From assembly GCF_009914755.1 (NCBI RefSeq), contig NC_060947.1: a stretch of DNA of 64,000 nt, one strand, 5' to 3'. A program made the translations under genes and the position numbers. The notes beneath the pieces were generated by a model, which was given only the letters and a program-made list of their open reading frames with translations, was not told the DNA's origin and did not search any database. Position 1 is the stretch's first letter. The number at the start of each line of letters is the position of its first letter. Below, in pieces: positions 1 to 13,243 of the stretch. Source of the stretch: the human T2T-CHM13v2.0 reference genome, Homo sapiens.

Positions 1-854
1 GTTGTTGTCACTGCTGTTATTCTTTGCAGGATATTATTTAATGTCTTTTTTTTTTTTTTTGGCAGCTTAATAAACTCTGTACTCTCCAGCTCCCACCAGT
101 CTGTTCAATTGGGATACCAGAAAATAAAGAGCAGGAGTTCTAAGGAGCATTCCAGCGTAACAGTGTTCCTTCCAGCATTCATCACATTCCCAGGCATTCC
201 TTGGTAGCTTGAGGTTTCCTCTTCCTTATCGTTTTATACCTCGCAGACTCTGAGCTCCTTGAGGTGGGCTCCTTACCTTTGAGGTTAATGTCTTGCACAA
301 ATATCCCAAAACTGAATACTACTACTGTCGTTATCAATAGGTGGCTTTCCCCACCCAACTTTTGTCTTAGAACCATCTTTTTTGGATCTTTCAATCTGCT
401 AATCATTACATAAAGTATAAACTTCCTGCATTCTCACTTCAGTTCTACTGTTGCCCAACTTTGTAATATCTGTGAACAAACTCAATCTTGCTGTGCTTTA
501 GTTTTCTCACCAGTGAAATAGAGATAATAGTACAGACTCTCCTAGACAGGTAACTGCTAGGGTCAGATAGATCAATAAATGTGAAAGTGCTCTTAAATCT
601 GTGATGAATTATTGAGATGCTTGTGATAGTAAGGATTTAGAGCTCAGTCGATAAAAAAATCAGCCTTTATTCCAGATGTGATAAATCTGGAGCATGATAG
701 AATTTTAATATAGAACACAGTGAAACATTTTAGAAGGACAATTAATGATAATTTTTTTTGCATTTTTTTCTATACTTGATAAAGCTTATGTTTTATACAA
801 GAATTGAAAATTTTTACCTTTACAATTTTAAACAACAGGGCCATATTCCAATAG

Positions 855-1158
<304 letters not shown>

Positions 1159-2739
1159 TCCAAAAGGTATCTTATTTGAAAGCAAGTGCATAGAAGATAA
1201 ATATCCCTCTATGTCTCATGCCAACTCTTGACATCACAACTTTTCATCCACAAGAAATCACAAATTCTAACGTACATACCTAATAAAATGCATAAGATAA
1301 TGTAGGTGTAACAGAATAGGTAGTAATGGGGACTGTGGCTAAATGAAGAGCCTGTGCTAGAGAAAACAGGGCAACTTGACTCCTGCTCTGGTTACTATGT
1401 AGAAAAACAGACTAAGGATCATCAGATCATTTGCTTTCTCTAGAGAGGTTAGAAATTCTTAGTTCATGTCACATTTTTTTCAATTTCAAACAATGGTAGC
1501 TAATAAACTACTATTAAATACCATAGGGACTAAATAGAACTTTATCTGAATACATCTGTAATTTTAGATACAATAGACCAATTCCTAGAAAGACACAAAT
1601 GATTCGAGCTGACTCCAAAACGGAAAATCTGGAAAAATGTAATGTTGAAATTCCAATTAAAAATGGACATTTTTATGTGTATTAAATACATAAAAATTTA
1701 ATTTTAAAATTTCCCATTTGCAAATTCCAGTTATGAAGCCAGTTACCAAGCCTGCATAATCAGGTACTTAAACCTAGCAAGCATATTACAAGAAAGGAAA
1801 ATAACAGGCCAATCACTTTCATGGACGTAAAGGAAAAACTATGAATCAAAGAAAATCTAGCAATACACAAAAAAGATTATACGTCTTATCCAGGTTTAGT
1901 TTATTACAGGAAGAAAGGCTTTTTTAGCATTAGAAAACTAAGTCATGTGATTTGACATATAGCAGAATAAAGAAGAAAAATACGACCATCTCAAATGATT
2001 CTGGAAAAATATATGATAAAATTTGGCATCCGGTAGTGATAAAACCTCTTAGAATATTAAGAACAGAAGGTATCTACAACAAACCTACAGGAAAGATCAT
2101 ACTTAATGATTATTTATTAAAGTTCTTCCCTCTGAGACTTAAAATGAGAAATAAATATCCACAATACTCCCATTGTACTAGAGTATTTATACAGTACAAT
2201 ATGTCAGGGAAAATTAATGACATGAAAAATAATTGGAAAGGGAGAAAGAAAACTGTCATTACTCAAAAACAACCTATATATGTACATCTGAATAATACTA
2301 CAGATAATGTATTCAAATTATTAAGTAAATGTAGCATGGTACCTGGATACAAGACCAAGAAAAAAAATCAACTGTATTTCTTTATATCAGCACAAATAGA
2401 AAATGAAATTTCAAAAATATATTCATAACAGCAAAAATATAAAAACCCAAGAAATAAATCTCAGAGAAAGTTTAAGAGCCTTTACTTTAAAAACTATAAA
2501 ACATTATTGAGAGAAAATAAAGACCTAACTAAATGAAAGGATTGAAAGACTTTACATAATAAAAATGTTGATTCTGTACAAGTTGATCCAGAGAATAGAT
2601 GAAATCCAATTAAAACCACAGCAGATTCTTTTTGGGGGCAGGGGTCACAAGCTGTTCTTAAAATTCATATGGAGATTGAAATGGCCAAAAGCAGTCAAGA
2701 TAATCTTTAAAAAGGAAGAAAATAAAATGGCTTTTACTG

Positions 2740-3231
2740 ACCAACTGACCAAAACAAACTTAATGTGACTAAACTCTAGACAGGCTTTTATTTGACTGTA
2801 GGCTCCTGACCTCTCTTTTCTTAGAGCGCTTACTTTAGGGAAACTTGCAACCAAAAACATATTCTCTGCCTCTTTGAGATGTAAATCTTCTACAATCCGG
2901 GAATATCTTTCTCAAGGACCTAGGAGCCATCTCTTTGAAATGTAATTGTTAATGATAGCACGCCTATCTCCCAGTCTCTGTGGGACAGTAGGAGCCTAAC
3001 TTCATTAAGTGCCAATTAACAATCACAGATTGCCTAATCACCATCCTAACCCCCTAATATCTTCCAGTATTTTTCTACTAGCTCTCCTCAGTGCTTAAAT
3101 TCTCTCCTGTCTTTCTTTCAGTAGAAATGATTTCCATCTCTCTCTCCTATGGCAATAGTCTTGATCCATAATTCAGTAGTCTTGAATAAAGTCTTTCTTG
3201 CCTGTTTGTCTGGTGCATTTTTTCTTTTACA
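2740..3231 (+). mobile_element. ERV1 LTR, MER34/MER39-like, inserted in the L1
   Basis: Contains CTTTGAGATGTAAATCTTCTACAA, GGAGCCTAACTTC and GTCTTGAATAAAGTCTT, and ends TTTTACA. The 5' boundary is uncertain. Confidence 0.65.
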
Positions 3232-3246
3232 ATATTACCAGATACA

Positions 3247-3541
<295 letters not shown>

Positions 3542-4987
3542 TTACCATATATTAAAACTTGTCATAATGCTATAGTAATTAAAACAATGTGGAATTAGCA
3601 TGAGGACAGGCAAGTAGAGAAATAAAACTGATTAGAGTCCATAAACTGATCCATGCACGTATAGGCATTTTATTTCTAATATTTTCGTCAAAGATGACAC
3701 CACAGAATATTGAGGAAAGGATGGTCTTATTGAAAATCTTTGCAATAAGACCATCTTTTCCTCAATATTCTACAGTGCCAACTTGTTGTTTCAGTTGGAT
3801 CTATATGGGAAAAAATGGACATTCATCCCTTCCTCATACCTGTAATAATAGGTGGATTGTAATACGAAAGGTAAAACAAACAGTTCCTATATAGCAACCC
3901 AGGACCATAGCTTCAGAATTTTAAAGTAGAGAGTTTTATTTTTAAACTGAGGACAAAAGTACACTAAACATAACAGAAAATATTGAAGTGAACTATGTTA
4001 AATTTAAACTTCTGTTTATGAAGAGATATATCATTACGGAGTGAAAAGGCAAGGTACCCATTCAAAAAGAAAAATGTAATATAAACAACAAAGAATACCC
4101 AGAATATATATATTTTAAACTAAAATAAATCAGTAAGAGAAATATAGAAAATCCAGTAGAAAAACAGGCATTTCAGAGAAGAGTTCATTTAAATGGCCAA
4201 TAACAACTGAAATAGTATTCCGCCTCACTGGTCATCAGTATATACAAATGAAAAATGAGAGATGACATTATAAAGTCACCAGAAAGGCTCAAATTAAAAA
4301 GTTTAACAAACAAGTATTCAAGAAGATATGAAGCAGTTTGTACTTTCATTTACTACTGGTGAGAATATGAATTTATACAACTTTGGAAAACCCTTTGTTA
4401 ATATCTTGAAAGCTAAATATGCATATACCCAATGATTAAGAAATGCTATTCTTAGGTAAATACCTAATACAAAAGTTTACATATATACACAAAAATATAC
4501 GTACAATTTATGTTGATAGATGAATTATTTGTAATGCTTCCGAACTGGAAACAACCCCAATTTTCTGAACAGAATATGTAAAATGTGGTATATTCATACA
4601 AAGTAATTCTATCCAGCGATGAAAATTAATAAAGTAATGCTATATGCAACATAGTGAATCTCACAAATATAGTATCCAGTGAAAAAAGCCAGTTAAAAAA
4701 CTGCATATATAAAAGTTTCATTTACATCAAGTTAAAAATATAGCAAGACTAACCTGCAGCATTATAACTCAAGATACATGTTACCTTTGAGGAGATGGGA
4801 AGAGTTTATGATACCATAGGGCTTGATGGAGGTTTCCTGGTTGCTGGTAACATACTATCTTTTTCTGGATGTGGAATCATAGTATGTTACTTCTGTAATA
4901 AGTCTTTAAGCTATAATTATAACTTATGTCCTTTGCTTGATACTTCAATTTAAAAAGTACCATAAAGTTTGCATTTTTTTTTCAGAA

Positions 4988-5400
4988 CCATCAACAGATA
5001 AACAGATAACAGGTTATATATACATAATGCAATGTTATTTGGCCATAAAAAGGAATGAAATATAGCTATTTGCAACAACATAAATGGAACTGGAGGTCAT
5101 TATGTTAAATAAGCAGGCACAGAAAGACAAATACCACATGTTCTCATTCACATGTGGGAGCTAAAAAATTGGATCTCATAGAGCTAGAGATTAGAATGAT
5201 AGATACTGGAGACTGGGAAGAGTGTGTGGATGGAATGAAGAGAGGTTGTTTAATGGGTACATACGCTTAGATAGAAGGAATAAGTTCTAATGTTCGATAG
5301 CAGAGTAGGAAGACTATATAATTATATACAACAGTGTAACAAAATATCACATGTACTCTATAAGTATGTACAAATATTATGTATCAATAAACTTAAAAAT
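4988..5400 (+). mobile_element. L1MA-type 3' end
   Basis: GCCATAAAAAGGAATGAAAT...ATGGAACTGGAGGTCATTATG...CATGTTCTCATTCACATGTGGGAGC, ending TATCAATAAA. Confidence 0.8.
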
Positions 5401-5452
5401 TTTTTGTAAATGTATTAACACTTGCATTCATAAAGAATATTATTGGCCGGGT

Positions 5453-5764
<312 letters not shown>

Positions 5765-5964
5765 TTATTGTTCCAGCATACTTGCTTATATTTCCCCTGT
5801 AATTTTGTATGGTGGGTATTATGATCACTGTTATCTTTGAGTTTCATTTGATAATTTTTATCATGAGAGAATTTATTGTTCAACTCATAAATTATAAAGT
5901 CAGAATAGAAAACAGATTGAGTAATCCAGACATTGTGTTCTTTCAAATCTACCTAACACCCTAT

Positions 5965-6295
5965 TGGCCAAATGTATTACAACAGACCATGTATTAACAT
6001 AAATTGAAATCTAGCGTTAACTGTATACTTACAGCACATTGGCTTTGGATGTTCAAATTTCATTAGAATATTCAACATTTATTTATACTTGATACAATGT
6101 GCAGTTGAAAAAACAATGCACATATCAAAGCTGATCAAAACATACTCAAAAGTTTTCTAATAACTGAATCATGTGCCATTTTATATTTAAGTAAATAAAA
6201 TAAAAAATCCAGTTCCTCAAGCATACCAGTCACAATTCAAGTGCTCAAAATAGCCAAAGGTGTATAGCAACTTCCTTACTGAACAGTGTCGTTCT
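5965..6295. mobile_element. hAT-Charlie fossil (MER33/MER3-like)
   Basis: AAAAAATCCAGTTCCTCA...TTCAAGTGCTCAAAATAGCC...ACTGAACAGTG resembles the MER3/MER33 terminus. Confidence 0.6.
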
Positions 6296-8144
6296 AGAAA
6301 AGAAAAAAATTTTATATACTAATGCAATCGAGTGTGACAGGTGTTAATATATATATACTGCTTATATAAACTATATACATATATAAACCATTCTCTTCTA
6401 GAACAGTGTTGTTCTAGAAGAGAAAAATATTTATGTACTAATGCAATTGAGTGGGACAGGTGCTAAAATAAATAAATATATATGTTTATATTATATATAT
6501 TTGTACTTGTAAATTTAACTCATTCATGCAAATGCTATATCTATTCATATATATATGAATAGATATTGCATTTTATACAGATAGATAGTATTTGCATGAA
6601 TGAGTTAAATTTACAGGTACGAATACATTACTGTGTTACATAGGTTTCTGTATTCCCCCGTTGCTGATTAGTAAACCAAAACTGAAAAAAATCACATAAT
6701 TTTCACAAGGCCACATAGCAAATTTCTACTATGAATTTGAGAGATTGGGAGAAATCTCAGGTTGAGTTGTCACACATCTGAATACCAGTGTCAGCCTTGC
6801 CACCTGCAAGCTATATGAACTTGGATTTAACTTCATTATGCATTGGCTTTCTCATTTGTGATATAGGGTTGGCATTACATACAAAGCATGTAAAACTCCT
6901 GAAAAATAATAATCTAATAATTATAATTATTGCTTCTTGGGCAACAAATGTTGATGCTTAGCTTTGTGGATTATTTCCATCACATTTAAAGTTTTTTTTA
7001 AATGCATTTAATTCACCAAATATAAAATTAGGAACTAGAGCGAAACATCAAAATGTTTCAACCATATTCCTCTTCATAAATAACTTCTATTTCTTAATTT
7101 GATAGGGTCTAACATTCTATAAAATTTTCTTTCTCATACTATCCCGAAGATATGTACTATAAAAATTTCAGTTACCTAACTGACATTTAGGTGATGAGAG
7201 AAAAATCTGACTTTATCGTCTTTCTGAACAACTACCTTTCACAGTATAGCATTTTCTTTCCAAGTGGCTTTGTTATTTTAACATTCTCTTTGTAACTGAG
7301 ATATAGCACATTCCCTTTGTAACCTGTGTGATACTCATGTTTCACAAGTTAAAACTATTAACGACACTAACAGCAATGTCCAAAGAGATGTTACCATTAA
7401 ATGTCTGTCATTCTTATTGTCTACTTATCCAGATTTGTCACCTTTAAAAATTATCACTGTTGGTCAAAATAATTGGCAGAATGTAGTATTTGACTTCTTT
7501 ATATTTTGCCATTATATTCAGATTGTTTTTTCTTATGAAAGTAATTTTGAGAATCATGCTTTTTAAAGCTGAAGTTCTCTACAGAATGAGGGAGAATTAT
7601 GCTTCTACTAGATAAGATTGGGCAGTATTTCCTTTTATTTTCTTGCACTCCACCTGTATTGGAAGGGACATTGGAGGCTATCAAGTCTAACTTCCCACTC
7701 AGTATGTCACCTCTTTTAAAACATACTTGAACATGAGATTCCAGTTTGTGTTAAATATTATTAATGAAGAACAGCTCACCACTTTCCACAGCTCTTATCG
7801 CATTGTAAGAATGCTCTGGGCTGATGATGATAATAATAGTAACTAATATTATTATTGCTTACTATATTTCAGTGATTTTAAAATGCTTTAGCTTCTCAAC
7901 TACCCTTTTACCCTTTACAGATATCTGATAATGTAGGTTCTAATACAATCTTCATATTAAAGATGGGGAAACTAAAGCCAAGGATGGTTAAGTGACTTGC
8001 CCAAAGGTATACTGTAGATAAGGAACAGAGCAGGAAGGGTCTATTTCTAGAGTTTCTCCTCTTAATTACCTTACAACAAAAAGCTCTCCCTTTTAAGTCA
8101 AAAAAATCTTTCTTGGAATTATATCCAACCGTCTGTTCATAGGT

Positions 8145-9090
8145 TCATTCAGTTATCTTACAAGAATTACTGATTACTTGTATCTGACAATGCAGGCAAG
8201 AATGTGTAAGACACATCTCATGTAATTTAGATTCTAATAAAATAGTAAAGCACATTAATATTAACTGCAAAAGTATATGATCGGTGCCCAAACAGACACA
8301 ATTAGGGTACAGACATGGCACAAAGAGGGAGTAGTCATCACTAGGTAGAGTGGCCAATTTCATGGAGGAAAACTTGAAATGAGTTTTCTATACATAGATG
8401 AAATTATCAAAGCAGATCTTATGAAGCAGAGTCGTCTGTTTAAACCCGGTGGTATGTGCAAAGAGGTCGTAACATACAGGGTATCAGAAACAGCTTGTAT
8501 GAATCAAATGCAGGTTGAGGGACATAAAGCAGATAACATGAGACAAGTCTATAGAGACAGGTAGGAGTCAGGTAATCAAATACCTTGTAGGCCAAAGTAT
8601 CAGAATCTGGAAAGTGACTCAGGATTTTAAGCAAAGGAGAACGATTAAACAGGCTCTTGGGAACCCACACTGACTTCAATGTGGAGATTGGATGGAAGAG
8701 CGGTAAGACTGAAGGCAAGGACTTTGGGGGCTTATGATATGGCCTATACCTTGAGAAATGTTGACAAGAACAAAGATGAAATAATAAATACAAGATAAGG
8801 TTGAGAAATATTTTGACATTGCATGCAAAGGGCTCATAAGGGAAAGGACAGGGATGAATTTGGGGATGACTCTAGGTTTCTGGTACAGGTGTCATGATAA
8901 GTGCCAGTGCAATGACAAAAATAAGAAATTCAGTAAGGAAAGCAGGTTTAAAGGAAGGCAATGTACAGTGAGGTAAGTTTCATCTTGTTGAGTTTGAAGT
9001 GTTGTTTGGACTTCAAGGATGTGTTCAGAAGATAATTAGAAGAAAATGGACTCAGGAAAGATCTGGGCAGAAGACATCCAGAGTTACCAA
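8145..9090 (-). mobile_element. L2 fragment
   Basis: TTCATTCA start and purine-rich L2-like motifs (TTTTAAGCA, GATGACTCTAGGTTTCTGG, GTTGAGTTTGAAGTG). Confidence 0.55.
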
Positions 9091-10385
9091 CTTCTGTCTG
9101 CTTCTGATATTATGACATTTTGAAAAACCATAGAGAAAGTGCCTTCCTTTTTCACCATCACAATAGTGTTCATGTGCCATTTCCCTATGATTAGTTATTT
9201 TTTAATTAAATAATCGCCCACTCTACAAATATTCTTCACAGGATGCTGCCATCTGAGAAAATCCTGCTAAGATAGAGTACCAATCGTGGGCGTAAAATAC
9301 AGTGTATTCAAATCAGCATAGAGTATAATTATTAGTTCATGTAATCTAGACACTATATCACAGTCTGTGATTGCATTAACTAAGAATCTGTATCATCCTT
9401 AATATCAAGCTTGTTTCAAAGTAAGCATGTGCACTCTATCTCATATGTGCTTATGTTTATGTATATGTATGTATATACATATATATACATATGCACAAAG
9501 ATGTACGTATGTATATATATAGAAACATAAAGAGATGTATATAAATTTAACTATATACACATTTATACATATATTTTTATATAGACAAAATTACATGTAT
9601 TTTTACACACTTACATTTATATATATTTACATTTATATCTATAGATGGGAAGTCAGACCCTTTGTATCTCAAACTAATTCAACTGATTTATACTACTTGC
9701 ATTTTTAAAAAGCAGCAACATTTCGAACTATAAACATGAGTTTTCTGACTTAAAACAATAGGATGTAACATTTGTATATGATATTCTAACTCCTCAGGAC
9801 ATAGCTATAAACCTTCTAAGTTAATATGGGAGCAGAAATATTCCATTAACCACTCCTACAGGGGCACACTTTACACAGAGCCCCAGCTAAATCCTCAAAT
9901 GGCTTCCTTCCCCAGAATTTTCAGCACGTAAATCAGATACTAGAAAGGAATATATTAAAACACAGACTCACCCACGAACACTCATAGAGAAAGATAGACT
10001 CACCTTACCAATAAACAGTATCACGCAGAGGCTTTGCTAAAAGGTTCAGGAAAATCAGAATACCTCATATTCATTCCATTCCATTGGATCAGCCAATTTA
10101 ATAAGTCTAACAAAATAATTTGTCTTAATACTACCACAAAGTATTTCTACAAATTGTTTAATGTCATCTGATATAAAGTTGGTTTACATGACTCAATTTT
10201 AGCGAATGTAGCTTAGTTCTTAGAAAACTATCTCATCTGCAAAAATTATTCCTTCAGGCAATAAATATGTTTATTAACTGCATGAGATAAGTGAGAAACC
10301 ATACCAGTGAGCATGGCCTCATGTTTAATAATCTGATCCAAAATTGTGTTTTCCAGGTTTTCCTTCTTGAAAATAGAATACTTGT

Positions 10386-11017
10386 TGTGACGGTTAATAT
10401 TATGTGTCAACTTCATGGAATTGAGGGATGCCTAGATCGCTGATGAAGTATTGTTTCTTCCGGGTGTGTCTGTGAGAGTGTAGCCAAAGAAGGCTGACAT
10501 GTGGACCAGTGGACTGGGAGAGGAAGGCCCACCCTCAATGTGGGTGGGCACCACCCAATCAGCTGCCAGTTAGACTAGAACAAAGCCAGGAGAACAGGGA
10601 TAAAGTAGCTTGCTTGGTAAGTTTACTCACTCTCTTCCTGTGCCCTGCGGGGCAGTTGGCTTCCTCTCCTCCTGCCCTCGGACATCAGACTCCAGGACTC
10701 CAGGTTCTCCAGTCTTTGGACTGGGGGACTTACACCAGTGATTTCCCAGGGGCTCTAAGGCCTTTGGCCTCACACTGAGAGCTGCACTGTCAGCTTCTCT
10801 GGTCTTGAGGCTTTTGGACTTGGACTGCACCAGGCTACTAGGTTCTCTCTTCTCCCAGCTTGCAGATGGCGTATCATGGGACTTCACCTTGTAATCATGT
10901 GAGCCAATTCTCCATGATAAACTCCTAAATGTATATTTTATATACACATATATACATCTATCTATCCATCCATCCATCCATCCAGTGGGTTCTGTCCTTC
11001 TAGAGAACCTTAATACA
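10386..11017 (+). mobile_element. MLT2 (ERVL) solo LTR
   Basis: Starts TGTGACGGTTAATATTATGTGTCAACTT and ends GGTTCTGTCCTTCTAGAGAACCTTAATACA. It has an internal (TA)/(TCCA) simple repeat, as is typical of MLT2. Confidence 0.85.
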
Positions 11018-11074
11018 CTCTGTCTTTATCCATTCTTTATAATTATTTTTATTAGGAAAATCAAAATACGATAT

Positions 11075-11188
11075 GATAGTCTTGCTATGTTGCCCAGGCT
11101 AATCTTTGAACTTCTGGGCTCAAGCAATATTCTCTCCCCAGCCTTCCAAAGTGCTGGGATTACAGGTGTGAGCCACTGTACCTAGCCT
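11075..11188 (-). mobile_element. Alu monomer (FLAM-like)
   Basis: CTATGTTGCCCAGGCT...GGGCTCAAGCAAT...GGGATTACAGGTGTGAGCCAC, left arm only. Confidence 0.8.
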
Positions 11189-11620
11189 CATTCTTTTCAT
11201 ATACTTTTAATTCTCCAAAATATTAGGCAGTAACTTCAATATTAAAGTATTTTAACAAAATAATTCAAATGCCTTTTATATGGCAGAAATTCTCCTGGTT
11301 CTATGACCACACAGACCTTCAATACATCTATAGTTGGCTCTCAACTTTTAACTTGTACAGAATAACATACCTAAAAATAGGGTTTTAATGGTTTTGCTTT
11401 TTCTTTGGAAGACATTTTCATTAGAGCATCTTCTATAAGCTATGGGCTTAACCATGTTTCTCCTTCTTTCTTTATTAGAAACAGTTATCTCCCAAGAACA
11501 AAAGGCTTTCTTTATGGTCTTTTTATAGTCTTTTTTCATGCAAGTTTTTATAAACCACGCTCTCTTGATTTACCATTTATCCATCCTAGAAACTCTACCC
11601 ACCTCCACCAATCTCACTTA

Positions 11621-13243
11621 TGATGGCAGCAGCAGCCTGTCTGGAGCGGCCACTGCAAAGATGCCAGCTGCAGCAAGGGAGGCGTGGCCAGGGCTGTGCA
11701 CTGTGTGGAGCCACCAAGGGCCAGGAACAAGCAGGAGCGCTGCTCCCTACTGAGTTGGCAGGGTGGGAGCCCCATGCTTCCAGGTGCAGCTGCAGCCACC
11801 CAGCCACAGCTCCGGACCTGGGCATTCCTGCGCTCTTGGGGGCCTGGGAAGCCCCACTGCCTCCACATACTAAGAAGTGCCTGCTCCCACTCCCTGGCAT
11901 CTCCTCGCTCCCCGCACTGGCTCCTGGGAGAAGCAAAGTTGCGGCCAAGACCAGGTGTTGTCGCAACCTGACTGGTTATGTGTGTGCTCGGGACAGTGCT
12001 GGCATGCCAGCCCCCTGCTGCCTTGGGCCCGTCTGGACTTTGGGCACTGATGAGCATGGGAGAGAGGCTGAGTGGGGACTGAGGATGGTTCGGTGTGGGC
12101 CTGCAGGTACCCCTTGGTATAAACTGCCTAGGCTACATGGATGGCATGTTGATGGTGGCAGGAGGCAGACTGGCTCCTGGGCAGAAAGGAGCAGATCCAC
12201 AGAGAAACCCCTCCTTCAAGCCAAGAATGGCCTGAAGCCTGGGGGCTGGGCTGCCAGTTCTGGGTGGAGTTTGTGGCCCAGAATGAGAACTTATGGTGCT
12301 TTTTCTGGGCCTATCCATGGATGTCCATGGACCAATTAGAATGTACCTCCTCCCTTCCAAGCCCATAAAAACCCCAGACTCAGACAAACTTAGACATTGG
12401 GACTACCAGCCGCAGGAAGGAGCTACCTACTTTGTGTCTCCTTGACTCTTCAGGATGACCTGCCTGCATAAAAGAGCCACCCACCATGGGTCTCCTCTCT
12501 ACTCACAGCTGCACACTCCCTGGGACGACCTGCCTGTGGAAAGGAGCTACCCACCGTGGTATCCTGAGAGCTGTTCTCTCGCTCAATGAAGCTCCTCTGC
12601 ACCTTGCTCACCCTCCAGTTGTCCATGTACCTCATTCTTCCTGGACATGGGACAAGAACTCAGGACTTGCTGAATGGCAGGACAAAAAGAGCTGTAACAC
12701 AAACAGGGCTGAAACATGCCCCCCACTCACCATGCTATGGGCAATGAGAAACAGAGAAGAGCTGTGGCCTTTTGCAGAGCCCAGACCTTGGGGCTCCTCA
12801 AGCCAGGGTTGTGGCATGCTGTAACATGCTCCTTGGGGCTCTGTGGTTCCTGGTGTCTCTGAGCTTTCAGGTGCCACCGCGATCCCCTGTCCAGACATTG
12901 GTGCCTGCAGCAGAAGCTACTTGTGGTACATCTGGTCCAGCCACAGCCTCACATGGAGCTGCCACCAGTACTGGTGCCTGTAGCTGCCTTCCGCTGCAGC
13001 TGGCATGCCTGTCTGTGCACAGTGGCCAGGCCTCATGCTTGCTTGCTCACATACCTCTTACTGCTCTGTGCCTGGCTTGCCCTTGGCAGGCATGGGGATC
13101 CGGGCCAGTAGTGCAAGCCAAGCACAGCCTGCCAGGCTGAGTGGGTGCAAGGAGCCCAGCGGGCACAAGCAAAACCCAGACAGAGGTGCTGCCGGCCACA
13201 GAGGTTTCTGGCTGGCAAAGTGACACCCAAGGATCCCATGACA
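11621..13243 (+). mobile_element. MER52-family (ERV1) long GC-rich solo LTR
   Basis: TG...CA ends (TGATGGCAGCAGCAGCCTGTCTGGAGCGGCC ... GGATCCCATGACA), an exact 4-bp TSD CTTA on both sides, and a sharp GC increase. Confidence 0.85.

Noticed and set aside
11371-11380. Perfect MEF2 motif CTAAAAATAG (a similar one is at 30738-30747)
   Set aside because: A match is expected by chance in 64 kb of AT-rich DNA, and there is no convincing cluster of muscle motifs nearby.
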